Origin: an uncultured Deferribacteres bacterium
GTDB lineage: Bacteria; Zhuqueibacterota; Zhuqueibacteria; Zhuqueibacterales; Geothermadaptataceae
Direction of reading: 5' to 3'
Assembly: GCA_964014485.1 (NCBI GenBank)
Contig: CAXHAT010000010.1
Coordinates: forward strand, 5,150 to 69,149
Length of the DNA: 64,000 nt
Positions 39,201 through 49,200 of the stretch are shown here, in pieces. The notes beneath the pieces are model-generated. The model did not search any database and had not been told where the DNA came from. It saw only the letters and a list, made by a program, of their open reading frames with translations. Within the stretch, counting starts at the first letter, position 1. Every line of letters begins with the position of its first letter. The translations under genes and the position numbers were made by a program.

Positions 39201-39993
39201 TGAGGAGCAACTGATCCGGCTCTCCCGTTTCCTGAAACAAGACCCATTCGCCGCGAATATCCAGAACAAAATGCTCCCGAAATCGCGGTTGGATGCTGTA
39301 CTCGCCGTCGACTTCGTCAACAATGAATTCGAAAACCAGCTCGCCGGCGTCCCAAATGTCTTTCGCACTTTTCTTTTTATAGTTTGCGATGTAGACGTCC
39401 AGATCGGCATCGCCGTCAACGTCCGCCAACGCCATGGTTGATGCGCCTGTTTTGGCGGAAAACCCGTAGGCTTCAGTAACGTCGGTGAATTTTCCTGAGC
39501 CGTCATTGAGAAAAAGCGCATTTGGACCGCCAACAGCCGTGACAAGCAGGTCGAGGTCAAAATCGCCGTCAACATCTGCGAACACGGCGCCGGAAGAATT
39601 CTGGTCTTCGCAAGTAACGCCGGCGCTTTGCGCGACGTCTTCAAAGCGCCAGTCGCCGAGATTTTTGTAAAGCGCATTTGGCCCGTCGAGTCGACTAAAA
39701 TAAATATCGGCAAGCCCGTCGCCGTCGACGTCTCCAACGGCTACGCCTGAGCCGTTGAGGAGTATGCGATTTTTTTCGATAACCGCTTTCTCCAAATCAT
39801 TGGAAAAAACAATGCCGGTTTTCGATGAGTCTTGCAGTTTAAAACCGGTCTCTCCCCAGAATGGAACGTTTAGGTTTGACCATTTGTAGCCGACTTCTTC
39901 ATGCCATTCGAGCGTATTATCGGTTGTGCAAGAAATCAGCGCTAAACACAAAAAGGACGCAAAGATATTTTTGGCGATCATATTTCCGAGCAT
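36250..39993 (-). CDS. CRTAC1-family FG-GAP/VCBS repeat lipoprotein with ASPIC/UnbV-type region (paralog B)
   Basis: Lipoprotein signal is MLGNMIAKNIFASFLCLALISC. It has many D.DGDGD.D FG-GAP calcium-loop repeats and an RIYEIDE-containing ASPIC/UnbV-like segment. It is collinear with the 40388-44122 product at roughly half identity by eye. Confidence 0.8.
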   Translation of the reverse strand: MLGNMIAKNIFASFLCLALISCTTDNTLEWHEEVGYKWSNLNVPFWGETGFKLQDSSKTGIVFSNDLEKAVIEKNRILLNGSGVAVGDVDGDGLADIYFSRLDGPNALYKNLGDWRFEDVAQSAGVTCEDQNSSGAVFADVDGDFDLDLLVTAVGGPNALFLNDGSGKFTDVTEAYGFSAKTGASTMALADVDGDADLDVYIANYKKKSAKDIWDAGELVFEFIVDEVDGEYSIQPRFREHFVLDIRGEWVLFQETGEPDQLLLNDGTGKFEKVDMTGGAFLDEAGEKMETLKDWGLMARFQDMDGDGDPDIYVCNDFESPDRIWINDGTGRFQAIPKLAIRNISNSSMAIDFSDIDRDGDQDFLVVDMLSRNHQFRMTQKSTAVPLPHMPGEIDNRPQHMRNTLFLNNGDKTYSEIAQYSGIDASEWSWSNLFFDIDLDGYEDVIIATGHYYDAQDFDAQELGRERIGFTASAIQYSETAPPSNNRLNTIFLHPELKLPNAAFRNRGNLTFEDVSQSWGLSTPDISNGMALGDLDNDGDLDVVMNRLNAKAAIYRNETAEDRIAIRLRGKAPNTQGIGAKIRLLGDGKIQMKEIIAGGAYLSSSDPMAVFAATGGKDFSIEVTWRNGMVSTVENVQPNRIYEIDESSARVVEAAKQLQPKPFFEDVSHLLDHKHYEGPFDDFVRQPLMPVRHSRLGPGVSWHDWDGDGDDDLLISNGRDGAVAAFKNENGAFRKEERLVNGAVTEYEKTGVLAWTGADNSASLLVSHSNFESISREASFIEQMPADEQRAGSQGSKITAGAAGVGPLAMADYDGDGDLDLFVGGRSIPGRYGVPAPSFLYKNEKGVFQKDDLNSEKLAQFGMVSGAVFSDFDSDGDPDLILAVEWGAVNIFRNTNGAFENVTEALGLSQYLGWWNGVTTGDLDEDGKLDIIATNWGLNNKYAGKITAENPLRLFYYDFDRNGVIDIIESYFVPELQAYMPFRNLNTMMRAIPMTRMRMPSHKKYSRSTVQEIAGPRLKSDAGSLATNTLAHMVFFNRGEKFEAVELPLEAQLTPAFHAGIADFDGDGHDDVFLSQNFFSYPEATSRSDAGRGLWLRGDGKGGLQAVHAQESGVEAYGEQRAAALSDYDGDGRVDLVVSQNAAETMLFKNVGAKPGLRVRLQGASENPHGVGAVVRVKYENGDGPVREIQAGSGYWSQSSAVQVFGVREGVKNVQVRWPSGETIESEIPAGAREIIVKRDGEVTKVK

Positions 39994-40107
39994 TTTTTGA
40001 TTGTTTTTTCGAAGGCGGGCGTTTGAGGTGAGTTTAAGAATTGCAAGGTCTGCCGCAAACTTTCGGGCAAACTTTGCAATTCTCAATTTTGAAGGTTTGC
40101 GCCAGAC

Positions 40108-40332
40108 TTACGCCCACCTGGAGCCGAAGACTTCGTTCGCGGCATTTTCAAAGTGCAAGCTCAAGCCGCCGCCGTCATTCGGATCTTCAGTCGTTTGATT
40201 GTCTCTTTCTTCAGGGTCTTGTTCTTCTTCTATTCGCGGCGCCAATAGTCCATTATTACAGGCGGACAAAAAGACTGTGGAAATTGAGAAAACGAGCAAA
40301 AGTACGAAGCTAATGAAACGGTGCTTTTTCAT
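40108..40332 (-). CDS. 74-aa acidic lipoprotein
   Basis: MKKHRFISFVLLLVFSISTVFLSAC is a lipobox signal. The remainder is acidic and disordered. It sits between the two CRTAC1 paralogs. Confidence 0.5.
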   Translation of the reverse strand: MKKHRFISFVLLLVFSISTVFLSACNNGLLAPRIEEEQDPEERDNQTTEDPNDGGGLSLHFENAANEVFGSRWA

Positions 40333-40387
40333 AACTTTTACCTCACAATAAGGTTAATCAATAAACGCAATGTAAATGAAAAAAAGG

Positions 40388-43300
40388 CTATTTGCCAGTA
40401 AAACGAACCACGACTTCTTCAGTTCCGGAAGAAATGTTTTTTTGAGTAATTTTTCCTCCAGGCCAGCGCACCTGGATTCCCTTTGCTCCGTCGCGCAAGC
40501 CAAGCACGTGCACGTCTGAATTTTGAGACCAATATCCCGAGCCGGATTGCACTTCGCGCGCCGGTCCAAGTCCATTTTCATAGACGATCCGAACGAGAGC
40601 GCCAATCCCGGAAGGATTGCCTGGCGGCCCCGCCAACTTCACGCGCAGGCCCGGCTTGGCGCCCGCGTTTTTATAAAGTTTTGTTTCGGCGCCGTTTTGA
40701 GAAACGGCGAGATCGACTCTGCCGTCTTTGTTGTAATCGCTCAATGCCGCGCCGCGTTGTTCGCCATAAATTTTGATTCCGGAATCTTGACCAGGTACTG
40801 CCGCCAAGCCGCCGCTTCCATCGCCTTTCAGCCAGAGACCGCGCCCGGCGTCGGAGCGCGAACTTTCAACGCGCTGAGCGAAAAAGTTTTGGCTTAGAAA
40901 AACATCGTCATGTCCGTCGCCGTCGTAATCTGCGACTCCAGCGTAGAAAGCTGGGGCGAACTGCGCTTCCGCGGGAAGCGGCTTTGCTTCAAATCGGTCG
41001 CCCTGATTTATGAAGACGGCGTGCGCCAGAAAACTGGCTTGCAGTTCCTGCGCTTTATCAAATTTCGGCCCGATGACGTCTTCAATTCCTGAGTGACTGT
41101 AAACGCTGTAATCGGTGAATCGCCTGCGCAAGTCAGGCATAGCCATTTGCAACCAAAATAATTCGTTTTCCGGAGCGTAGGCGCCTAATTCGGGAGTGTA
41201 AACCGTTTCAAAAAGATCGAGCGAGCTGTTGTTGTCAAAATCGTTGAAATACAGACGCAGCGGATGTTTTTTGCTGTAGCGATGCTCATACTTGCTGTTC
41301 AACCCCCAATTTGTCGCAATAATATCCAGGGCTCCGTCTTCGTCAAAATCGCCTGTCGCGACGCCCTGCCACCAGCCATGATAATCAGTCAGCCCCAATT
41401 CATGAGTAGCGTCTGCGAAAACGCCGTCATCGTTTCTGAAAATGGTGATCGGGCCCCATTCAATGGCCAGAATCAAGTCAGAATCGCCGTCGCCGTCGTA
41501 GTCGCTGAAGATCGCTGAGGAGACCATGCCGACGTGTGCAAAATTTGAATTATTGGCGCTGTCCGGGAGAAAAACGCCGTTTTCATTGCGGTAAAGTTTT
41601 GACGATGCGGCTTCAGGAAAACGCATCGGCACGCTGCGGCCGCCCGCGAAAAGGTCGAGATCGCCGTCCAAATCATAGTCCGCCATTGTCAGCGCCCCGG
41701 GGTTTGACGCCCCGAATGAAATTTTGCTAGCGGGTTTGAATTGGCCGTTCTGAAAAACAAACTGTGCAATTGAAGATTTTTCCGGCTGCATGCTTTCCAA
41801 ATTTGACTGACTAACCCAAAGGCGCGGGGTCTTTGTTTGATCGCGCCAAATGATCAATCCGTTTTGATCACCGACATTTTTTTCGCTGAATACGCCGCCC
41901 GAAAACTGTTCAAAACCACCGTTCCCGTCGTTCCGAAATCCTGCCAGGCTTCCGTCTCTGCCGCCGCCTATCAAGAGATCGTCAAAGCCGTCGTTGTCGA
42001 GATCGTGCCAAACCAGCCCAGGCCCAAGCTGGCTCAGTTTTTTGGGCAACAATACTTGCTGCTGAAAATCATCCCAAGGCTCTTCATGATGTATGTGATC
42101 GAGCGCTTCACTCACATTCTCAAAATAGGGTTTTGAAGCTTTTGGCGACTGAACTGGATCATCTGCGGCCCGCGTCGCTCCGGTTTCGTGGATTTCGTAA
42201 ATTCGATTACCTTTTGCATTCCGGATCACGCTCGTCGCACCGCTGCGCCACTTGACTTCAATGGTTAGGCCCCGATCAAGATCGGCTGCGGCAAACATAT
42301 AAATTTGGTCGGAGCTTGAGAGATATGCGCCCCCGGCGATAACCTCCTTGCTTTGCAGTACCGGGCCGCCTGAGACGCGTATTTGAGAACCGACGCCTCG
42401 GGTGTTTGGCGGCAGACCTTTCAAGCGTACGGCTATGCGAGGTTCAGAAGCTCTGTTGCGATAAACCGCCGCAGTTGTGTCGAGCCGATTGGCGACGAGA
42501 TCAAGATCGCCGTCATTGTCAAAATCGCCCAGCGCCATGCCGTGTGTGACGTCTTTTGAATCCAAGCCCCAGTCGGTTGTCACGTCTTCAAAAGTCAGGT
42601 CGCCGCGGTTGCGAAAGGCGGCGTTCGGCAGTTTCAGGTCTGGGTATTCTAAAATTTGTTTTTGCCAAGTGCTCAGGCTGGAATAGGCCCGCGTCCCTAA
42701 TTTTTTGAGCGTGTTTTCATCAAGCGCATCATGATAATGCCCTGTCCCGATCACAATGTCTTCAAAACCGTCAAGATCAACGTCCAGGAAAAAGGGCGAC
42801 CAGGACCAGTCGGAAGCGGCGACCCCGCTAAATTGTGCGATTTCGGTGTAAGTGTCGTCACCGCGATTTAAGAAAAGCGTGTTTCGTGAGTATTGCGGTC
42901 TGTCATCAATGACGCCGACGGAGTGGGGGAGAGGGACGCGATGGTAACGTTGCCGTTTTCGGAGACGATGGTCTCGGCTGAGCATGTCAAGCAGCAAAAA
43001 GTCCAAATCACCGTCGCGGTCAATGTCAGAGAAATCGACGCCCATGGTCGCCCAACTGGTATTGCGCATGGCAAGCTTCGGCATAGCGCGAAAATTTCCG
43101 GCGCCGTCGTTAATCCAGGCGTGATCCGGGCTCTCAAAATCGTTGCAAACGTAGATGTCAGGATCGCCGTCCTGATCAAAATCCTGGAAGCGCGCCGTTA
43201 GGCCCCAATCTTTGCGGTCAGTGATGCGCTCGCCGTTTTCATCCAGAAAGCGACCGTCGGTAAACGAGACGGGTGTGAATCGTCCGTTTCCGTCATTGAG

Positions 43301-44122
43301 GTAAAGCATGTCCGGTTCGGCGACTTCGTAGCGCGTCAAGACTTCATCGTTCAAATAGCCAAGCTCGTAGTGTTCTTTAAACTCTGCATCAATCTCAAAA
43401 GCCCCGGATCGCATCTGCCGCACGACGTTGTCAAAAGCGATTCGCCGGGGAATGTATTGATCTTTCACCGTTCGTTTTTTGTAATTGGCGACGTAAAGGT
43501 CGAGGTCGTTGTCGCCGTCAACATCGGCCAGAGCCATCGTGGTTGCGCCTGAGTCGCCGAAAAGTCCGGAAGCTGCCGTCGCATCACTGAATTTTCCCGT
43601 ACCGTCGTTCAAAAAGCAATAGTTTGGCCCGCCCAGTGTTGTCACCAACAAATCAAGATCGTCGTCACCATCTAAGTCCGCGAAAGTTGCGCCGGTCGAG
43701 AAATCTTCTGAGCACGTCACGCCGGATTGTTCGGCAATGTTCTCAAATTCCCAGCCGCCGAGATTTTTATAAAGCGCATTGGCGCCGTTCAAGCGGCAAA
43801 AGTAAATATCCGCTAACCCGTCGCCGTCCACATCACCGACGGCTACGCCTGAGCCGTTCAACAAATGGCGGTTTTGGGTTAATTGCTCGACGGTTAAGCC
43901 GTTTGAAAAATCAATGCCGGTTTTAGACGCAGGAAGCAAGTCAAAGCCGGTTTTCCCGGATGACGAAATCGATAGCTCAGCCCATCGGAAATTCTGTTCT
44001 TGACGCCATTCCAATTTTTTCTGTTCTGATGAGCATGAAAAAAGGAAAGCGATGCTTGGTGAGAGAAGAAGAAAAAGCGTGGTTAGCCTGGTTGTCATTT
44101 GAGCGATAAGTGATCTGGGCAT
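40388..44122 (-). CDS. CRTAC1-family FG-GAP/VCBS repeat lipoprotein with ASPIC/UnbV-type region (paralog A)
   Basis: Signal plus lipobox is LLLSPSIAFLFSC. FG-GAP repeats occur throughout, and the architecture matches 36250-39993. Confidence 0.8.
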   Translation of the reverse strand: MPRSLIAQMTTRLTTLFLLLSPSIAFLFSCSSEQKKLEWRQEQNFRWAELSISSSGKTGFDLLPASKTGIDFSNGLTVEQLTQNRHLLNGSGVAVGDVDGDGLADIYFCRLNGANALYKNLGGWEFENIAEQSGVTCSEDFSTGATFADLDGDDDLDLLVTTLGGPNYCFLNDGTGKFSDATAASGLFGDSGATTMALADVDGDNDLDLYVANYKKRTVKDQYIPRRIAFDNVVRQMRSGAFEIDAEFKEHYELGYLNDEVLTRYEVAEPDMLYLNDGNGRFTPVSFTDGRFLDENGERITDRKDWGLTARFQDFDQDGDPDIYVCNDFESPDHAWINDGAGNFRAMPKLAMRNTSWATMGVDFSDIDRDGDLDFLLLDMLSRDHRLRKRQRYHRVPLPHSVGVIDDRPQYSRNTLFLNRGDDTYTEIAQFSGVAASDWSWSPFFLDVDLDGFEDIVIGTGHYHDALDENTLKKLGTRAYSSLSTWQKQILEYPDLKLPNAAFRNRGDLTFEDVTTDWGLDSKDVTHGMALGDFDNDGDLDLVANRLDTTAAVYRNRASEPRIAVRLKGLPPNTRGVGSQIRVSGGPVLQSKEVIAGGAYLSSSDQIYMFAAADLDRGLTIEVKWRSGATSVIRNAKGNRIYEIHETGATRAADDPVQSPKASKPYFENVSEALDHIHHEEPWDDFQQQVLLPKKLSQLGPGLVWHDLDNDGFDDLLIGGGRDGSLAGFRNDGNGGFEQFSGGVFSEKNVGDQNGLIIWRDQTKTPRLWVSQSNLESMQPEKSSIAQFVFQNGQFKPASKISFGASNPGALTMADYDLDGDLDLFAGGRSVPMRFPEAASSKLYRNENGVFLPDSANNSNFAHVGMVSSAIFSDYDGDGDSDLILAIEWGPITIFRNDDGVFADATHELGLTDYHGWWQGVATGDFDEDGALDIIATNWGLNSKYEHRYSKKHPLRLYFNDFDNNSSLDLFETVYTPELGAYAPENELFWLQMAMPDLRRRFTDYSVYSHSGIEDVIGPKFDKAQELQASFLAHAVFINQGDRFEAKPLPAEAQFAPAFYAGVADYDGDGHDDVFLSQNFFAQRVESSRSDAGRGLWLKGDGSGGLAAVPGQDSGIKIYGEQRGAALSDYNKDGRVDLAVSQNGAETKLYKNAGAKPGLRVKLAGPPGNPSGIGALVRIVYENGLGPAREVQSGSGYWSQNSDVHVLGLRDGAKGIQVRWPGGKITQKNISSGTEEVVVRFTGK

Positions 44123-44173
44123 GTATGAATTTATGTGAGTAAAACGGTTTGCAAGCTTGCGCTTTCGGTATAA

Positions 44174-44411
44174 TAACCTTTGGTGCTAGTGACTGCAAAA
44201 GCGAGTCGCCTTGTTGGTATAAATTATTAAGGCATTGAATCGCACAAGTCTAATTTTATAAAATGCCGACAAAAGCATTTCGAAAAAATAGCTTCAATTG
44301 ACCGAAACGCCTTTATCGAAATTTTCCATAATTAGGCCCGAGAAAGCAAACGCCTTAATATTTGAGGTTGACGAGCGGTTTCATTTTTACAATAACTAGC
44401 ACCAAAGGTTA
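44174..44411. repeat. 238-bp element bounded by perfect 17-bp inverted repeats, with nested 9-bp inverted repeats
   Basis: TAACCTTTGGTGCTAGT at 44174-44190 is the exact reverse complement of 44395-44411. An inner pair is TATTAAGGC (44225-44233) and GCCTTAATA (44352-44360). The interior is AT-rich. Confidence 0.8.
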
Positions 44412-44464
44412 ATAGATGGAAAACCTGGAAACGCGCTTTATGATAACGAATTTGCGCCGTCTGA

Positions 44465-44525
44465 AAATACAAAAGGCCGCCGCCTGTTCCCGAAGCTTTC
44501 GGGACGAGACGACAGCCTTTTGTTT
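44465..44525 (-). terminator. intrinsic terminator downstream of susD
   Basis: On the minus strand, just after the susD stop (44571), there is a long GC-rich imperfect hairpin: GGCUGUCGUCUCGUCCCGAA-AGC-UUCGGGAACAGGCGGCGGCC. It is followed by UUUUGUAUUUU. Confidence 0.6.
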
Positions 44526-44570
44526 GCTACAGGATGACGCGATCGATTAAACGATCACGCCAAGGTAAAC

Positions 44571-46160
44571 TTAGTTTGCCTTCAAAGCACCGTCGAATAC
44601 TCTGCGAGCCTTTGGCGCAGAGTCGCCTTTGCCGCCGCCGTGCGAGTAGAGTTCCAACTGCAGAACTTCGAGGTCAAGCGCAGGAACAGGGAAGTGGATC
44701 GGCGTTCCTGAAGTCAGGATGCCGTATCCGCGACCGTCCCAAAGCTGCAAACCGCTAAACGTGCCAAGCAAGTCCATTCTGCGTTCATACTTCAGTGCGG
44801 ACCACAGTGTTCTCGATTCAGGCTTCGGATCAGGCAGATCATTGATGGTGCCTTTAGCTACGCCGGCCAATGACGGATAACCGCCGTCAACAACGTGCGT
44901 TTGATCGAGAAGTGCAGCTGCTTCCGCTTCACCGCCGCCGACGCCATTCAGTGCAGCTTCAGCGCGAATAAAGTCAGCTTCGCTGGCACGGTACATTACG
45001 ACTTGTGTGGCTGCGTCAGTTGTCGCGTATTCTGTAAAACGATCGTGTCCGTACATACAGGCGATGTAAGGACGGCCGCCGTTATAAGCAGTGGGGCCGG
45101 CAAAACTCATTTGCGTTCCCGGATTCTGGTTGCCGTCCATGTCACGAGTTTGATCCCAAATACGAAGATCGCCCGTATCCATTTCAAACTCTTGACGATC
45201 TGCAGGCGCTCTGGAACCCCAATCAGCATAGCCGTTTGAACGGTCGCTCGGGCCAATCAGACGATAGTCGACGCGTTGCCACGTCCCGTATTGCGACGAG
45301 TACCATTGCACGCCGTCGTACCATTGGGAGCTTCTGCCCGCGCCGTCGCCGATTGGGCCCCAATCATCGGTCAAACCGCGGTCAACATGACTCAAAACGG
45401 TCGCCCAGTCTGTTGCTGCACGTTCTTGAGGATTTCTGGCTACAACGACTTTATAACGTGCGATAAACGTATGAGCTATTCTGGCAAGGTCTTCGTTGCT
45501 GGTGCTGACGCCGTTAATCCACTCAATCGGAAGGGTAAAAGTGGTTGAGCCGCTGAGGTCAATGCATTCTTGCAATTGAGCAATAGCTGCGTCCAAAACA
45601 GCGTTGTAGGGCTGCAGCGTCAGTTCATCATTAGCAAGATCAACGTCTTCATCCAAAATGAAGCCTTGATCGAACATGGTGGCAATATAGCCGTGTGACA
45701 AACCTTGAACCAGCTTGCCAAAAGCGATGGCGCGGGTATTGTTAGCCGCGCCAAGATCAACCGTACCGTTTTCAATATTTCGGATGCCGTCTGACGCCGC
45801 TGAGATAGCGCCGTACAAACCGAACCATGGGTTTTCGATAACGCCACGTTCAGGTGATGAAGAGGTGTTGCCGAATTCCTGGCGCGGCTCCTGATCCATT
45901 CTCCACATGCTGAAGTTACCCCAGCCGCAGGTGTATGTATCTGAAGCCATGGCAAGAGACATGTTCGGCGTGGAACTTGAAATCGCTTGGAACCAACTTA
46001 GAAAAGAACCGCCGACAAGCGATTCAATATCACTACCAGTTGCTAACGCGCGGCTTTCATCAGGTGAATTCAGATTCTCGGTATCGAGATCCTGACAGCT
46101 AAAGAAAGCCATAGCCAAGCCGAGCATGGCAACCAGGCTAAATGACAGGCGTTTTTTCAT
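44571..46160 (-). CDS. susD: SusD/RagB-family nutrient-binding outer-membrane lipoprotein
   Basis: MKKRLSFSLVAMLGLAMAFFSC is a lipoprotein signal. The gene lies immediately downstream of susC and has SusD-like size and helical content. The Met at 46160 has GGAGGA 5 nt upstream; the ORF-track start at 46172 contains that Shine-Dalgarno site. Confidence 0.8.
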   Translation of the reverse strand: MKKRLSFSLVAMLGLAMAFFSCQDLDTENLNSPDESRALATGSDIESLVGGSFLSWFQAISSSTPNMSLAMASDTYTCGWGNFSMWRMDQEPRQEFGNTSSSPERGVIENPWFGLYGAISAASDGIRNIENGTVDLGAANNTRAIAFGKLVQGLSHGYIATMFDQGFILDEDVDLANDELTLQPYNAVLDAAIAQLQECIDLSGSTTFTLPIEWINGVSTSNEDLARIAHTFIARYKVVVARNPQERAATDWATVLSHVDRGLTDDWGPIGDGAGRSSQWYDGVQWYSSQYGTWQRVDYRLIGPSDRSNGYADWGSRAPADRQEFEMDTGDLRIWDQTRDMDGNQNPGTQMSFAGPTAYNGGRPYIACMYGHDRFTEYATTDAATQVVMYRASEADFIRAEAALNGVGGGEAEAAALLDQTHVVDGGYPSLAGVAKGTINDLPDPKPESRTLWSALKYERRMDLLGTFSGLQLWDGRGYGILTSGTPIHFPVPALDLEVLQLELYSHGGGKGDSAPKARRVFDGALKAN

Positions 46161-46211
46161 AACTTCCTCCAAATATATGGATTTAAACTTTGAGTGACCA
46201 TTAGATCAGTT

Positions 46212-46243
46212 AACCTTGACAGGGTTGCAACCCTGTCAAGGTT
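46212..46243. repeat. 32-nt palindrome (15-bp arms) in the susC-susD intercistronic gap
   Basis: AACCTTGACAGGGTT-GC-AACCCTGTCAAGGTT read directly from the sequence. It lies between the susC stop (46256) and the susD start (46160). Confidence 0.85.
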
Positions 46244-46255
46244 GTTTAATACGAT

Positions 46256-49200
46256 TTAGAACTCAATTTCAAAAACGCCAGTAAACGTTCTGTAGTTCGG
46301 GTAATTGAATGAGTCGACTCTGGTGACAACCGAAGAACCGCCGTCCGTACCGTTACTAACGATACCAACTTCAGGATCGTAGCCTTCGTCATAGTTGTCA
46401 AAAGTCAGCAAGTTACGACCGACAATACCAAAAGTGACTTTGTCGAGCAAGCCGCCGAAAAGACCGCTTAACTGCTTGCGACCGAAAGAATAACGAACAG
46501 AGAGTTCGCGCAATTTGAGATACTCTGCGTCAAAAACGAAAGTGTCTCTTGCACTGCCGCCGCTGCTGCGAGACAGTTCTCTGTAGTATTCCGTCGGTTT
46601 CATGGTTTCTTCGGTTTTGCCTTCCTGGTTGTTGTCGCCATGACGTTGCTCAACGCCGTAGCCCCAATCGACCGTACGGCTGTAAAGCTGGCCGCCGGAT
46701 TGAGCATCGATCAAACCATAGAACGTGAAGCCTTTGAAACGGAAGTTACTGGAAAAGCCCATGTTGAAATTAGGCACGGTGCTGCCAGTCTTCTGGAAAT
46801 TTTGACCTTCAGCGTCTGCATAGTCAATTGGGAAACCCCAAGTGTACTGCGTGCCGTTTGAAAGCGTGGCTTGAGAACCCCACAATTGTTTGCTAACGCC
46901 TTCAGTCCAGGAGTTGCCGTCGCCGACCCAAACAACGTAACCTTCGTCGTTGACCTGGAATTGGCTCAACTCATCTTGGGTAACGTTTTGATCGAGCAAG
47001 TCATTGAGTTCGTAGATTTTGCGACCGCCGTACAGCGCGCCAAACTCTTCGCCTTCCTGTACCCGGAAAACGCTAGCGCCCTGAGTGAACGCAGGCGCCC
47101 AGTTGTAGGCGGGCAGATTGAGTTCAGTAATCGTTTGTTCTGTGCGGTCAAAAACAACGCCGAAAGTCCACGATTTGTCGCGGCTCTGCAGCAGTGAACC
47201 TTGCAAAGAAGCTTCCCAAGTACTGGATTCCAGCGTTCCGGCATTCTGCCATTGCGTGGTGTAACCAGCGTAGGACGGAAGCGGCACTTCAAGCAATTGA
47301 TCTTCAACAGTGCTTTCTGCACGGGTCAATTCAACAGAGAAACGATTGGCAAAAGTAAAGTCAATCCCAGCCTCAAATTCTTGCGCGAATTCCGGCTTCA
47401 ATTCTTTGTTGCCAAGCGTCGCCTTTGATACGTTACCTGCATTAACGGCCCAAGTTTCAAAACGTGCAAAGAAGTTAGGACGACCGCCTGCGGTGCCGTA
47501 AGAAGCACGCAGTTTGAAGTCTTGGACGCCGGAAATCGGCCACCAGGATTCTTGCCCGATGCGGTAGGCGCCTGAGACGCGGTAGTAAGTCGCCCATCTT
47601 TCGTCCGGGCCGAACAGCGAACTTCCGTCGCGACGGATCAGAAAATCGCCAATATACTTGTCTTTATAATCGAAAGCCGTTGTTACGAAGAAACCTTCGG
47701 AACGAACTTGTTGGATTTCAGAATCGATGACAAGTTTAGTTGAGTTAGCAACACTCAAGTCACGTACGCCGCGAACGGCAAGGTCGGTGCCCTGAGCAAA
47801 GGTGTTTTGCAATTCACTGCGTTCAAACAAGCCGCGAACTTTCGTTCTGAGGGTCAAGTTGTTGTTCATCAACGCTTTCTGGAAAGATGCGGTAAAATGG
47901 CCGTTCATTGCTTGATCAAGCGCCGGGAACTTAACAAGGCGTCCCGAGGTGATGTCAATGTCGAACGGATCCTGGAAGCCGATTCTCCAGAAACGTGATC
48001 TTTCGCGATTTGATTTGTCGTAGCTGAACGAACCTTCAAGTTTGAACCAGTTTGCCGGTTGGTAAGCAAGACTCAAACCACCCATGATGCGTGTGGTCTC
48101 ATCTTTACGCGGAAGGTTTTGCGGTTCATAAAGAGGATTGTCGCGCTGTGCAAGCGGATCCGGCAGGATGAAGAGATCACCGCCAATATCTTCAGGAAGA
48201 CCGTTGGGGAATTCCGCGGTTTTCGTGCCCACTGCTGCGTGACGTATTCTCGGGTCAGCATCCGGTGAGATAAAAGTCAGGCCAAAAAACGGCGAGCCAA
48301 CGCCCGTGCGAATATCGTCACGATCGGTGTCGCTGACAAAACCGCTGATAGAAACGGTCAGGTCATCGCGGAATTTGTGATCGAGCGCGAGACGAACGTT
48401 ACGGCGAGAAAAACCTTTCAGGCCGTCAATAACGCCGTCTTCAGAACGGTTGCCGAAACTCAGGGAGAAGTTGGTGCTCTCCATGTTACGAACAACAGTT
48501 GCGTTATTCGTCATAAAGGTGCCGGGGTCAAAAAGCTCGTCAACCATGTTGAAGCCGCCTTCAGGAATAAGCTGCAAACCTACAGGCTTGCCCGTGGCGG
48601 GGTCAATTTGAACCGTGCCGTCTTCATTCAAAAGAATGTCGCCGGTAGCAACCCATTTGTATGGCTTATCAGAAAAAGCGATGGTTGCTTTAACGCCGTC
48701 ATCCGGATTATTAGGATCATAATTTCCGGTGTAACGATCGATAACACGGCCGGTCGTTGCTCTAGGATCAACGAAGTTGCCGTCGTTGTCAATGAAATCC
48801 CCAGGCGAAACAGTGATGTTGTTAGCATCGGTATAGTCGCTTGCGCCTTCATGAATTCTGAACCAATGCGTTTCGCTCAAAGGATAATTCTTGTAAAGTT
48901 CGTTAATGCCGAACTCGTTGCGAACGCGGATTTTGGTTTGGTTGAGAGCGGCGCCTTGACCGCGGTTGGTGGTAATGTTGACAACGCCGTTTGCTGCGCG
49001 AGAGCCATAAAGGGATGCGCCCGCAGCGCCTTTTACGATTTCCATGCTGATAATGTCTTCAGCAGGAATGTCCGTTAAAGGACTGGCGGAAACGGAAGGA
49101 TCAATGATCACGCCGTCAATAATGTAGAGCGGATCTTGCGATCTGCCGCTTGAGTTGATACTGGTTGGAGCGCGCAACATAACGGAAGCGTCGCTGCCCG

